DNA of 61,244 nucleotides from Candidatus Poribacteria bacterium (GCA_014730235.1 WJIO01000421.1:1-61244); one strand, 5' to 3'. Positions 9,576 through 18,500 are shown, counted from the stretch's first letter. The notes: generated by a model not told the origin, from the sequence alone. A program made the numbers and translations.

Positions 9576-11468
9576 CTACTTTGCTATGGTAATTTTCTTT
9601 GTAGCGGCAAATTCGCCAGCTTTTAGAGTATAGAAGTAGATTCCGCTGGTTACTCGCTCTCCTGCCAGGTTTGTGCCGTCCCAGTAGGCAGCTTTGTCTT
9701 TAGTCATGTAAACGCCGGGTTCCTGGTTTCCCAACTGTATAGTCTTTATCAACTGGCCGTTTACACTGTGGATATCAATTGATACTTCAGCGTTATAGGG
9801 AAGCTGATAGGGTATCCAAACTTCCGGGTTTGCAGGATTAGGATAGCTTTCCAGAGCAGCGAATTCCAGAGTTGTTTTGGTTTGTGCTGTCGGAGCTGCT
9901 TTTGAACCATTGGTGGGAATCAGATCAGGCGGATTTTCCAGTAAAATTCTGAAATATGGTCTACCCAGCCACACTTCTGTTCCGCCTTCATAACCCATGT
10001 TATAGGCTGTATCACCCTGGGTAAAGGCGTTGGCGGTACACAGGAAAAGTCCTTCAGGTGATGATGTAAAGGAGCGAACACCATAGTTTAATGGATTGCC
10101 AAAACCTGTCTGGGAAATCTGGTACCACTTTCTGCCGTTCCAGCTTTTCCAAAGGTCAAAACCACCCTGGTTGGCTCTAATGGACGGTATGGTGTAATCT
10201 TGTAATAATGATCCAAGAATAGGTGGAAAGTCCGGTATATCTGAAAAGTCTATATAAGGTAGGAATGAACTGGTTACGTCATAAGTACCGGCATAAAGCC
10301 AGCCATCATGCTCTATCATGCGCCAGACATATCCTGTAAAAATGTTATCGAAGCCGCCCTTCATGCCGCTGATTGGCCATTTCCAGCCCACTCTATCTCC
10401 GCAGACTATCTGCCAGTAGCCATTGGGCCATATTCTTATTAAGCTGGGATAAGTTCCGGGAATTGGCATAGGCATACCTGTGCCTACATACATCTTGTTT
10501 TTGAATTCATACATACTCAGCACTGCACCGGCCATCTCTCCGCCGCCAGCGCCGTTTTCTATTATCCTTGTCCAGTTATATGGACGACCACCACTAACGT
10601 CAGACCTGTAGACTTCATAACCGTTGTAATTCATGGTACCGGCGTATATACAGCCTCTCATTTTTGCCAGGTCAAATATACCGGTGTTATCCGGGTTGCC
10701 AAAAGCGGGAAAACTTGCTGGTCTGAAAGTGGCCGTATCACCTTCTATAGTGACTTCAAAGACTATAGGTGTGCCACCTTCTGCTGGTGCTGTATAGAAT
10801 TTGCCGTTCAACGGAACCAGAGACCTGTAAGAGCTTATGAAACCTGCAGGTTTAGGCATTACATCCCAGTCAAAGACAATATTCATAGGTGTGAAGTTTA
10901 CGCCATCGGTGGTCTTGAGTATTCGGGGAGTAAGACCATACATGGATAACATTCCAAAACCTACAGGTACAGTCGTAATATAGAGCGCTCCATCATGAAC
11001 CAGCATTGCCCGATAACCATTATCCTTTGGGATCATGACTTGTGTTGGTGGAGTTGCAAAAGGAGGCCCAATAACAACAGGTTCTGGCGTAGTTTTAAAT
11101 GCAAGTCTCCACTGTTTTGTATTGGGTGTATACTCCCAAATTTCCCCGGCCAGGTCCAGTGATATTAGCTCTTCAAAAGATTCCGGCACATCTACGTTTG
11201 GAGCAGGCATTCCCATAAGGGACATCATTTCCAACACATAGCGTTCTGTCCCCACATAGAGCTTACCTTTAAACCATGCGCTGGACCATCCGTAGCTGTT
11301 GCCGGGATCGCCGAAACCGTTTTCGCTGATTTTTGTAAAATCACCTCTATACAGAGACCTGGCATAAGTTAGTTGGTTGGTTGACAATAAAAACAGAACA
11401 ACGAGGGCAAATGTCAACAACAATCCCATGCGATTTTTCCATATTTTTCGCAATTTCTTCTCCTCCAT
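9576..11468 (-). CDS. Tandem paralog: secreted beta-propeller protein with FlgD-Ig CTD
   Basis: Colinear with 7440-9356 (NSYGWSSAWF.GK.YVGT, GGFDLWKSWNG.KWYQ) with a near-identical C-terminal domain. Confidence 0.75.
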   Translation of the reverse strand: MEEKKLRKIWKNRMGLLLTFALVVLFLLSTNQLTYARSLYRGDFTKISENGFGDPGNSYGWSSAWFKGKLYVGTERYVLEMMSLMGMPAPNVDVPESFEELISLDLAGEIWEYTPNTKQWRLAFKTTPEPVVIGPPFATPPTQVMIPKDNGYRAMLVHDGALYITTVPVGFGMLSMYGLTPRILKTTDGVNFTPMNIVFDWDVMPKPAGFISSYRSLVPLNGKFYTAPAEGGTPIVFEVTIEGDTATFRPASFPAFGNPDNTGIFDLAKMRGCIYAGTMNYNGYEVYRSDVSGGRPYNWTRIIENGAGGGEMAGAVLSMYEFKNKMYVGTGMPMPIPGTYPSLIRIWPNGYWQIVCGDRVGWKWPISGMKGGFDNIFTGYVWRMIEHDGWLYAGTYDVTSSFLPYIDFSDIPDFPPILGSLLQDYTIPSIRANQGGFDLWKSWNGRKWYQISQTGFGNPLNYGVRSFTSSPEGLFLCTANAFTQGDTAYNMGYEGGTEVWLGRPYFRILLENPPDLIPTNGSKAAPTAQTKTTLEFAALESYPNPANPEVWIPYQLPYNAEVSIDIHSVNGQLIKTIQLGNQEPGVYMTKDKAAYWDGTNLAGERVTSGIYFYTLKAGEFAATKKITIAK

Positions 11469-11470
11469 AA

Positions 11471-11974
11471 TTATTGCTTAATTGATTTCATAGCTTGAGC
11501 AATATAAGCTATATGACTCATCTCCTCTTTGATAACCTGTTCCACTTCCTCCTTTCCGAGATTTTCGGGAACCATTTCTTTCATTCCAAGATAAAAAGCA
11601 ACGGAATCTTTTTCCACAGTCATTGCAGTCTGAAGAATATCCTCCATAGTTTCTTTACCGGTAAAATTTTTGGATGGATCTTCTTTGGTGTTGAATATAT
11701 GACCATCAGCTATAGCGTTTAGGTATAAGGCTGTTAAATTATCTCTGTCAAAATTAGGATCTACTACAGGAGTTTCATTTTGTTGAACTGCTTTTGCATG
11801 CATGTCAGCAAAAATTTGCCTGTGTTTTTTTTCCATATTGGCCAGAAGCTCCAGTAGTTTACGGCTTTCGGAATCTTTTGTTAATTCAGCAGCCCGGGTG
11901 TAAAATTTTTCACCGTTGATTTCTATACGTTCTGCTATTTCATATATCTCATCAGCATTGAATTTTATGCTCAT
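11471..11974 (-). CDS. Rubrerythrin/erythrin-like ferritin-fold diiron protein without rubredoxin domain
   Basis: Two E...ExxH-type half sites (AERIE..GEKFY...MEKKH; AMTVEKDS..FY...EEMSH). Confidence 0.8.
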   Translation of the reverse strand: MSIKFNADEIYEIAERIEINGEKFYTRAAELTKDSESRKLLELLANMEKKHRQIFADMHAKAVQQNETPVVDPNFDRDNLTALYLNAIADGHIFNTKEDPSKNFTGKETMEDILQTAMTVEKDSVAFYLGMKEMVPENLGKEEVEQVIKEEMSHIAYIAQAMKSIKQ

Positions 11975-12000
11975 GTTTTATAAATTTACCCCTATAAAAA

Positions 12001-12035
12001 CAATGACAGTTCTGGTTAAACCAGAACTGTCATTG
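12001..12035. repeat. Perfect 17-bp palindrome with CAATGAC...GTCATTG ends (possible terminator or REP)
   Basis: CAATGACAGTTCTGGTT-A-AACCAGAACTGTCATTG. Confidence 0.6.
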
Positions 12036-12049
12036 TTAATCAAATTTAG

Positions 12050-12538
12050 CTATTCACGCTTGCCTAACTGTACGTCCAGCATAATCATGCCGTTGCCGGA
12101 ATCACCAATGCGTTCCAACCATTCGACAATTTTAGATACGCTGGCTTCTTCTTCCACCTGTTCGGTAACAAACCACTGGAGCATAATACCCGCAGGTTTG
12201 TCGTCTTCTTCAGCAGCCAGGTCAACCAGATCGTTGATTCTTCCAGTTATATATTTTTCATGCTCGTAAGCGGCTTTGAAGGCATCCAGAGCCGAATCCC
12301 AATCAGACTGAGGCTGTTCAATAGCTTTTAACATGACCCTTCCGCCTCGTTCAACTATATGACCATATATTTTCATGGCATGGCCCATTTCCTCTTTTGC
12401 CTGGGCCTCCATCCACTTTGCCATACCTTCCCAACCACCGGCATGGAAACATGTGGCCATGGAAAGATAGATATAATACGAAAAGAGTTCGGCATTAATC
12501 TGATCGTTAAGAGCATCCTGCATTTTTTGTCCTATCAT
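12050..12538 (-). CDS. ftnA: Non-heme ferritin
   Basis: LNDQINAEL.S.Y.YLSMA, EEMGHA.K, WFVTEQVEEE ferroxidase motifs. Confidence 0.9.
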   Translation of the reverse strand: MIGQKMQDALNDQINAELFSYYIYLSMATCFHAGGWEGMAKWMEAQAKEEMGHAMKIYGHIVERGGRVMLKAIEQPQSDWDSALDAFKAAYEHEKYITGRINDLVDLAAEEDDKPAGIMLQWFVTEQVEEEASVSKIVEWLERIGDSGNGMIMLDVQLGKRE

Positions 12539-12562
12539 AATTTTCCTCCTGATTTTTATTTC

Positions 12563-13159
12563 TTATGTTTTTATGGGTTCTGAGAATTTTTTTACAGCCT
12601 CTGAACCCAGTTCAAACGCTTCTTTCAGGGCATCACTGTTTTCCAGTATGGCCCCTTTTTTATCAACTCTTCGATAGAAAAGTCCTCCTTCGTAGCTCAT
12701 ATCCAGAGCATCAAAGAAGTATTTTGCGGTTAATTCAACACCGGTAAAAAGATTGCTTCCTCTGGTCGCCCCTACGGCGATCAGATAGCCTTTACCGCTG
12801 TCGTAGTGTTTTCTTTCTTCTTTTGTCTTTTCCAGCATACGCTTTGCCCACATAGCCTGACATCGGTCAATCAGCAGTTTGACCTGTGCGCTCATATCGT
12901 AAAAGAATATGGGAGAAGCAAGAATTATTATATCCGCAGCCTGAATTTTCGGGTATATTTCCTGCATAGGGTCTTTGACAACACATTTACCGGTTTTATC
13001 ACATCCGCCGCATTCCCTGCATCCGGAGATATCCAGTTTTCGGGCATATACAGCTTCCACTTCAGCACCGGCGGCTTTTGCACCTTCTAAAGCCTTATCC
13101 AGAAGTATATCGGTATTTCCTCCTTTACGAGGACTTCCATAAATTCCTAATAATTTCAT
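12563..13159 (-). CDS. Iron-sulfur flavoprotein / NADPH-dependent FMN reductase family
   Basis: GSPRKGGNT FMN loop; compact CxxCxxCx5C motif (CRECGGCDKTGKC); ASPIFF. Confidence 0.85.
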   Translation of the reverse strand: MKLLGIYGSPRKGGNTDILLDKALEGAKAAGAEVEAVYARKLDISGCRECGGCDKTGKCVVKDPMQEIYPKIQAADIIILASPIFFYDMSAQVKLLIDRCQAMWAKRMLEKTKEERKHYDSGKGYLIAVGATRGSNLFTGVELTAKYFFDALDMSYEGGLFYRRVDKKGAILENSDALKEAFELGSEAVKKFSEPIKT

Positions 13160-13170
13160 AAGATTTTTTT

Positions 13171-13287
13171 GGTTCTTCCGGGTTCAGTGTGGTAATAATT
13201 GAAAATTCTCTTAGCTTGTCATTCCTGCTTTCGCAGGAAACAGCATAAAAAGTTTCTTATCTTTACCACACTAAACCCAGAAGAACC
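13171..13287. mobile_element. Intact ISL3-like MITE (117 bp)
   Basis: 25-bp terminal inverted repeats GGTTCTTCCGGGTTCAGTGTGGTAA (23 of 25 match), flanked by GATTTTTTT on both sides; internal GTCATTCCTGC remnant. Confidence 0.85.
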
Positions 13288-13339
13288 GATTTTTTTGCTA
13301 TAGGGCATATATGATATGCCCCATATAAATATTACTGTG

Positions 13340-13915
13340 TTACATTTTGTCGTTGAAGAACAGATAATCGCTGTCTTTCGCGCCTTTATGGCAGGCTATA
13401 CAGCCAGCATCCATACCTTTTGCGACTCTACCGGCCATGGCCATACCTTTTGGGTTCTTATCAAGAGAACCGTCAGCCAGGTATTTGGCCCAGAACCAGT
13501 CGTTGTTGTCAGGATCATAACCTTTCTTTTGCTGGAGCATAATGGTAACTGCCGCAAGGTATTTCTGAGGGTCTTTTGCCACGTCTTCCATGGAAAGCTT
13601 ATTACCTGATTTATCTTTGCCCATGTAGTTATCTTTTATTATGATGTGATATGGTGTTTCATTAACGGTGACTACACCATAAAACATTTTCAGATAAGCT
13701 CCATGAGGTGACTGACCGAGATATACATCGGTCTTGAAAGGCCAATCGGTATAACCTTTCATGGCTTTCCAGAGCTTTTTAGCAAATTCCACATCATCTT
13801 CAGTACCAAAAGGCATAGTCATTTTTTCTTCACCAACTACATACTGGGGTACTACTGCAAGAGAAAGGGCCAGAACCAGTATAAAGGCTGATAAGGATAC
13901 GATAAGAGACTTCAT
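13340..13915 (-). CDS. Periplasmic cytochrome P460 / cytochrome c'-beta family protein
   Basis: Signal peptide, G.SPHG, IIIKDNY, NDWFWAKY and a single C-terminal CxxCH (CIACH). Confidence 0.75.
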   Translation of the reverse strand: MKSLIVSLSAFILVLALSLAVVPQYVVGEEKMTMPFGTEDDVEFAKKLWKAMKGYTDWPFKTDVYLGQSPHGAYLKMFYGVVTVNETPYHIIIKDNYMGKDKSGNKLSMEDVAKDPQKYLAAVTIMLQQKKGYDPDNNDWFWAKYLADGSLDKNPKGMAMAGRVAKGMDAGCIACHKGAKDSDYLFFNDKM

Positions 13916-13948
13916 TTTTTACCTCCGGAATTAGTGGTTTGTGTATGA

Positions 13949-15244
13949 TTATCTTAGAGCAAAGACCTCATAATGGATTTTGCTCTTTTCCGCACCGAGG
14001 GACAGAAGATGATTTTCCACCGATGTCATCATAGGCGGTGGACCGCACAGGAAGAACTGAGTATCCTGAAAATCTTCTACATATTTTCGGATTATATCGG
14101 CATCAACATAGCCTTTTTCTCCATGCCAATCTTCCTGTTCCGACATCACATGAACTACTTTTAAAGATGAAATCTCTGATTCTATCTTCTGTAACTCTTC
14201 TCTGAAAACAATATCCTGATCAGTTTTATTTCCCCAAATTAGAGTAACACGCCTCTCTATACCTTTTTCATGAATATACCTAAGCATGCTCATAAAAGGG
14301 GTTATACCTATACCACCGGCGATAAAAATCAGGTTTTGCGCGTCATGGTTTAAAAAGCTAAAAACGCCGTAAGGTGCATCTATATAGGCTTTATCTGACA
14401 CTTCTGTGTCTTTTATTGTGGAGGTAAAATCACCCACAGATTTAACGCTAATGGAAAGCCGATCCATTGTGGGACTTGCTGAAATAGTAAAAGGATGGGA
14501 TTCCGAAGTCTTGCCGTTCCTTATTAGATTGATAATCATAAATTGCCCGGGTTTGTAGTTGGGTTTATCGCCATCAAAGTAGAGACTCCATGTATCATGG
14601 CTTTCCTGAACTACATCGGAAACTTTGTAGGGGTTTCTTACCACCCTTATCCTGTTAAATATCCTGTATATTGGCACAGTTAGATAAATACCCGCCAGCG
14701 CCAGCCAGTATATCTTCAAGGGAGTCCAACCATACTGAAAATCAGTACCCAGAAAAAAGCTGTGCAAAAAAACCAAAGGGAATATTACATAGCCAACCCT
14801 GTGTATATTTTTCCATGTTTCATATTTTATGCTGATCCTGCTGTATAAAATAGCCGCTCCGGCGGTGACAATCATTATAGAAAGAGCAACTATACCCACG
14901 ATTTTCCAGGGTGGAAAACCCGGTATGTAACCTTGTATAAAAGGACCAACGTAAAGCAAGGCCGGGTGTATAAGGATCAATATAAGTCCTATTATACCGG
15001 TTTTACGGTGTAACGCAAGAAGCTTATCCATCCCCATTCCCCGCTCTATAAACCTCAATCTGGAACTCATAATATATTGAAAAAGCAGAAATATGAACCC
15101 AACCAAAGCCAACATTCGCGCTGCTTCTGTCATTATGGAAATATAATAAGGTTCATAAAGCCGGGGGATCATGTCTTGAACCCAGAAGATCAAAGGAAAT
15201 ATTATAAATAAACCCATTATAATCAGCAGAACTGACCGCTTCAT
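13949..15244 (-). CDS. Ferric-reductase-like transmembrane (heme b) domain fused to an FNR-type FAD/NAD(P) domain
   Basis: About six hydrophobic helices with four conserved His (LHRK, IHP, IHRV, LHS); HPFTIS, FIAGGIGITPF, FLCGPPPM, C-terminal E.F. Confidence 0.85.
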   Translation of the reverse strand: MKRSVLLIIMGLFIIFPLIFWVQDMIPRLYEPYYISIMTEAARMLALVGFIFLLFQYIMSSRLRFIERGMGMDKLLALHRKTGIIGLILILIHPALLYVGPFIQGYIPGFPPWKIVGIVALSIMIVTAGAAILYSRISIKYETWKNIHRVGYVIFPLVFLHSFFLGTDFQYGWTPLKIYWLALAGIYLTVPIYRIFNRIRVVRNPYKVSDVVQESHDTWSLYFDGDKPNYKPGQFMIINLIRNGKTSESHPFTISASPTMDRLSISVKSVGDFTSTIKDTEVSDKAYIDAPYGVFSFLNHDAQNLIFIAGGIGITPFMSMLRYIHEKGIERRVTLIWGNKTDQDIVFREELQKIESEISSLKVVHVMSEQEDWHGEKGYVDADIIRKYVEDFQDTQFFLCGPPPMMTSVENHLLSLGAEKSKIHYEVFALR

Positions 15245-15924
15245 TTCCCATCACCAACTTTAATTTTCTCATTGTTGCTCAGAGATGTAACATAAGTTGT
15301 AAGAGCAACCATCTCTTCGCTGTCCAGCTTTAGGGATTTTCCTTCCATAATCATTGATATACACATGTTATTCATCATGGACAAAGTAATAACGCGTTTT
15401 GCCGATTCTTTGAACTTGGGGAATGTAGCCGCTGCACCTTTTAGGGTGGGTATTTTCATATCCATCATCTGTCCACCGGTGGTTTCACCGTTGGGATGAC
15501 AGCTATTACAGCTTGTTCCAGTTGTTCCCAGTTTGGTATCGTTGAATAGGGCTTTACCTTTTGCAATAACTTCAGCTATGGGATCATTAATACCTTCGGG
15601 TTTGGATTTTGGGTCACCGGGATGAGTGTTAGCAGCAAATTCCTTGTCATTGGTGTACCCGTCTTTATCGGAATCCAGCTTGGCCAGTTCGTCAACGTAC
15701 CTATCCCCGGATTTCATGGCAATATTGCGCCAGTCTTCACCAAAATCATTACGTTTTCCGCCGCCTTTGGGATTTTCATGACATGTGCCGCATCCAAAAC
15801 TTTCACCCTTATCCGGGAGTCTACCCAATCGGAAAGGTCTACCTGAAACAACAGAAATTAAAGTCAGGGTAAAAACAATACACGTAGTGATTGCGATAAT
15901 ATACTTTTTTGATTTACTTTTCAT
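15241..15924 (-). CDS. Periplasmic diheme c-type cytochrome (N-terminal CxxCH plus DxDxDG domain; C-terminal TsdA/SoxA-like domain)
   Basis: Signal peptide, CGTCH and CNSCH, DSDKDG motif, TL..MNN.C...M.G..L..DSEEM.AL..Y segment; ATGA overlap with the next gene. Confidence 0.75.
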   Translation of the reverse strand: MKSKSKKYIIAITTCIVFTLTLISVVSGRPFRLGRLPDKGESFGCGTCHENPKGGGKRNDFGEDWRNIAMKSGDRYVDELAKLDSDKDGYTNDKEFAANTHPGDPKSKPEGINDPIAEVIAKGKALFNDTKLGTTGTSCNSCHPNGETTGGQMMDMKIPTLKGAAATFPKFKESAKRVITLSMMNNMCISMIMEGKSLKLDSEEMVALTTYVTSLSNNEKIKVGDGK

Positions 15925-15938
15925 AAGTTCACTCCTAT

Positions 15939-18500
15939 TTACTTTGTTATAAAATGATAAATATCCCTTCCTTCGGACAGAATTTGGAATATAACGGCTG
16001 ATGTTATAGTTGCTGATGTAACGGCGTCAGTCTTTGCATCAAAATCAAAGGGTTGCAGTATTGATCGACCAATAACATTATTCCGCATTTTTTGCACGTC
16101 TTCCTCACTCCAGACTTTGTTTCCATACTTTGTAAGGTGTATCGGTTCAAAGGCTATGACCTTACCTTTTTCATCAAAGGCATAGATAAATTGTATCGCA
16201 TGACATATGTCACAGACCGATTCTTTGTTAGCGACAACAATGTAATATCTTTTATTATCGCTTATTGTCTGATAGACTTTATTTTCATCTTGTGTAGGAA
16301 CGGATTCTTTCTCTACGATTATTCCCTCATCTTTCGTTATGCTGACAAAAACTTCTTTAACTTTGTTATACAAAGCCTTTCCTGTTAGTTTAAATTCCGT
16401 ATATTCAACAAAATCCTGGGATTTAATCCTATCCTGTTCCTGCTGTACTATTTCATCCTTGTATTCCAATACCCGTTTGATTTCACCCAGATAAGATTCA
16501 TACGATCTTATCAGACCCACATGGGCCTCTACCGCCACCAGATTTCCATTTATATTTCGTCTGAGAGTTACGGTGTATGGGGTTCTAATAGAGTTAGCCA
16601 GAGCTTTATATGTTGAAAAATCCGGGTCGGGCATTATTGGATAAGGTACATTACGTTTTTCCTTGAAATCATCCACTTCGTTCTGATTGTTGCCTACACC
16701 TACGCCTATTATTTTTATGCGGTTTACCAGTTCTGAATCATTTTGTATAGCTGAAAAAAGCTGATTAAATATAGGAGCCTGCATCTGGCAACTGGGACAG
16801 TATACGTTCATAAACTCAAGTATAACTATATCTGCCTTTGCTTTATTTAATACAGGTCTAGCTCCTTCTTCAAGCCCCAAATAGTTTTTTTCCTCATCGT
16901 TTAACTGAGAAATATCAATAGATGCAAAACCCTCCAATTTACCTTCCTCTACAGGCATACTGATACTGGTACTTTTTTCTACCAATTCGGGAAAAGTTTC
17001 TGCATTTCCAGTACCCTCGGATATTGAAGCAAACATATCCTGCAAATTGCTGTTAAGATTCCACCAACCGTTCTTAAAAGAGGTATAATCCGGCGCTCCG
17101 GTCATGGCTGAAGCGTAGCGAATGGAATTGGTATAAAACAACCACTGGCGCATCCATTTATGTTCTATGGATTCATCGAAGGGGTTGCTGTTATCAGCCA
17201 GCTTTGCATCCCAGGCTTTTTGCATGAGTTCGGTGGAAGTTTTAATCATCAGGTCAGTTTCTGCGATAGTCTTATACATCTTTCCAAAATGGGCTGTTAC
17301 CCATGTAGAACCGTGACAGGATTTGCAGATATTTTCCATTTCTCTCTGGCGCTTGGTCTGTTCTTCCTCGTCCAGCAAAAATTCCGATGCAAACTCACCG
17401 TCAAAAGTTACCGGAAGAGGTAAGCCATCTTTATTTTTAATCTCATAGGTTTTCCCGCTTTTGGGTTGAGGATGGGAATATATAAGGCCGAAAATTCTTA
17501 CCCATAATCTTTCCCCAAAGTCATGAGTTCTTTCGGCTATGGTTCTGCCCTCAGAAGTTACGACCATGCTGTTATGACAGACAGAACAGGTAGGCGCGCT
17601 GAAATGTTTGCCCAGTTCCCAGGGAACCTGATCCCACTGCCATTCATCATGCTTGGAGTTGTATATATTGCCGTGTTTGCTTTCGTTATAAACGTTCCAG
17701 GCCGGAACATCCGGTTCCAGGTGACACTGAGAACAGGTGTGAGGTTTTCTGGCAATTTCTATGGAAAAACTGTGGCGAGGGTGACATGCGGTACATGCCC
17801 CACGAGTTCCATCCGGATTTATCCTTCCCACACCTTGATTCGGCCAGTTGCTGAATACCGGCAGTTTCATTTCACCCACATCAGTATAGACTTCCTTCAT
17901 CCAATCCACCCGGACTTCAGTTCCATGGCAGGAGTAACAGGTCTCCTGTTTTGTGGAGTCGCTGGCCGGAAGACGGTGCATCATATCATTGTTAAATTCC
18001 CTTAAGCCTGTAGTTGTTTCCACAAGGCTGTGAAATACAGGATTTTCCCGCAGGTTATCCAGGGCATGGGCTTTTTTGCTACCCGTAAACTGATCCACCT
18101 CTGTCGGATGGCATATCTTACAGTCACCGGGGGAAACAATTACATTTATGGGAACGCCGGCATGCTCAAAGTTATCAGTATGATCCTGAGGGTTGAGGCC
18201 ATGACATTCATAACATCCAACGGCTACGGATTTAAGTTCGTCAGGTACGCTTTCGGCTGAGAACCTGCGTTGATTTTCCGGAAGGTTCATGGCCTGCTCC
18301 GGGGTCATTCTGGCATGCCTGCTGTTTCGCCAGTCCTCTATTATGCCCGGAGAATAGTTTATATGGCACTCTATACAAATTTCTGTATCTTCGCTGAGGG
18401 GTGGACTCGTCACGGATTCTTCCGATTGGGCATATACCAGGACTGTAATTATTACTAGGGATAAAAATGCCGCTAATGTTACTATCCGTGATGTTTGCAT
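15939..18500 (-). CDS. Octaheme hydroxylamine oxidoreductase-family cytochrome fused to a TlpA/redoxin domain and an FMN-binding domain
   Basis: Eight CxxCH motifs with WPNQGVGRINPDG, RHSFS...AR.P..C and ESKHG; then FMNVYCPSCQ thioredoxin motif; then a ninth CxxCH (CDICH) and DAVTSAT. Confidence 0.85.
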   Translation of the reverse strand: MQTSRIVTLAAFLSLVIITVLVYAQSEESVTSPPLSEDTEICIECHINYSPGIIEDWRNSRHARMTPEQAMNLPENQRRFSAESVPDELKSVAVGCYECHGLNPQDHTDNFEHAGVPINVIVSPGDCKICHPTEVDQFTGSKKAHALDNLRENPVFHSLVETTTGLREFNNDMMHRLPASDSTKQETCYSCHGTEVRVDWMKEVYTDVGEMKLPVFSNWPNQGVGRINPDGTRGACTACHPRHSFSIEIARKPHTCSQCHLEPDVPAWNVYNESKHGNIYNSKHDEWQWDQVPWELGKHFSAPTCSVCHNSMVVTSEGRTIAERTHDFGERLWVRIFGLIYSHPQPKSGKTYEIKNKDGLPLPVTFDGEFASEFLLDEEEQTKRQREMENICKSCHGSTWVTAHFGKMYKTIAETDLMIKTSTELMQKAWDAKLADNSNPFDESIEHKWMRQWLFYTNSIRYASAMTGAPDYTSFKNGWWNLNSNLQDMFASISEGTGNAETFPELVEKSTSISMPVEEGKLEGFASIDISQLNDEEKNYLGLEEGARPVLNKAKADIVILEFMNVYCPSCQMQAPIFNQLFSAIQNDSELVNRIKIIGVGVGNNQNEVDDFKEKRNVPYPIMPDPDFSTYKALANSIRTPYTVTLRRNINGNLVAVEAHVGLIRSYESYLGEIKRVLEYKDEIVQQEQDRIKSQDFVEYTEFKLTGKALYNKVKEVFVSITKDEGIIVEKESVPTQDENKVYQTISDNKRYYIVVANKESVCDICHAIQFIYAFDEKGKVIAFEPIHLTKYGNKVWSEEDVQKMRNNVIGRSILQPFDFDAKTDAVTSATITSAVIFQILSEGRDIYHFITK

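Noticed and set aside
13340-18500. HAO plus P460 as evidence for ammonia oxidation or anammox
   Set aside because: The cross-link Tyr appears replaced, and no amo, cycAB or hydrazine synthase genes are present; reductive HAO-family proteins are widespread in anaerobes.
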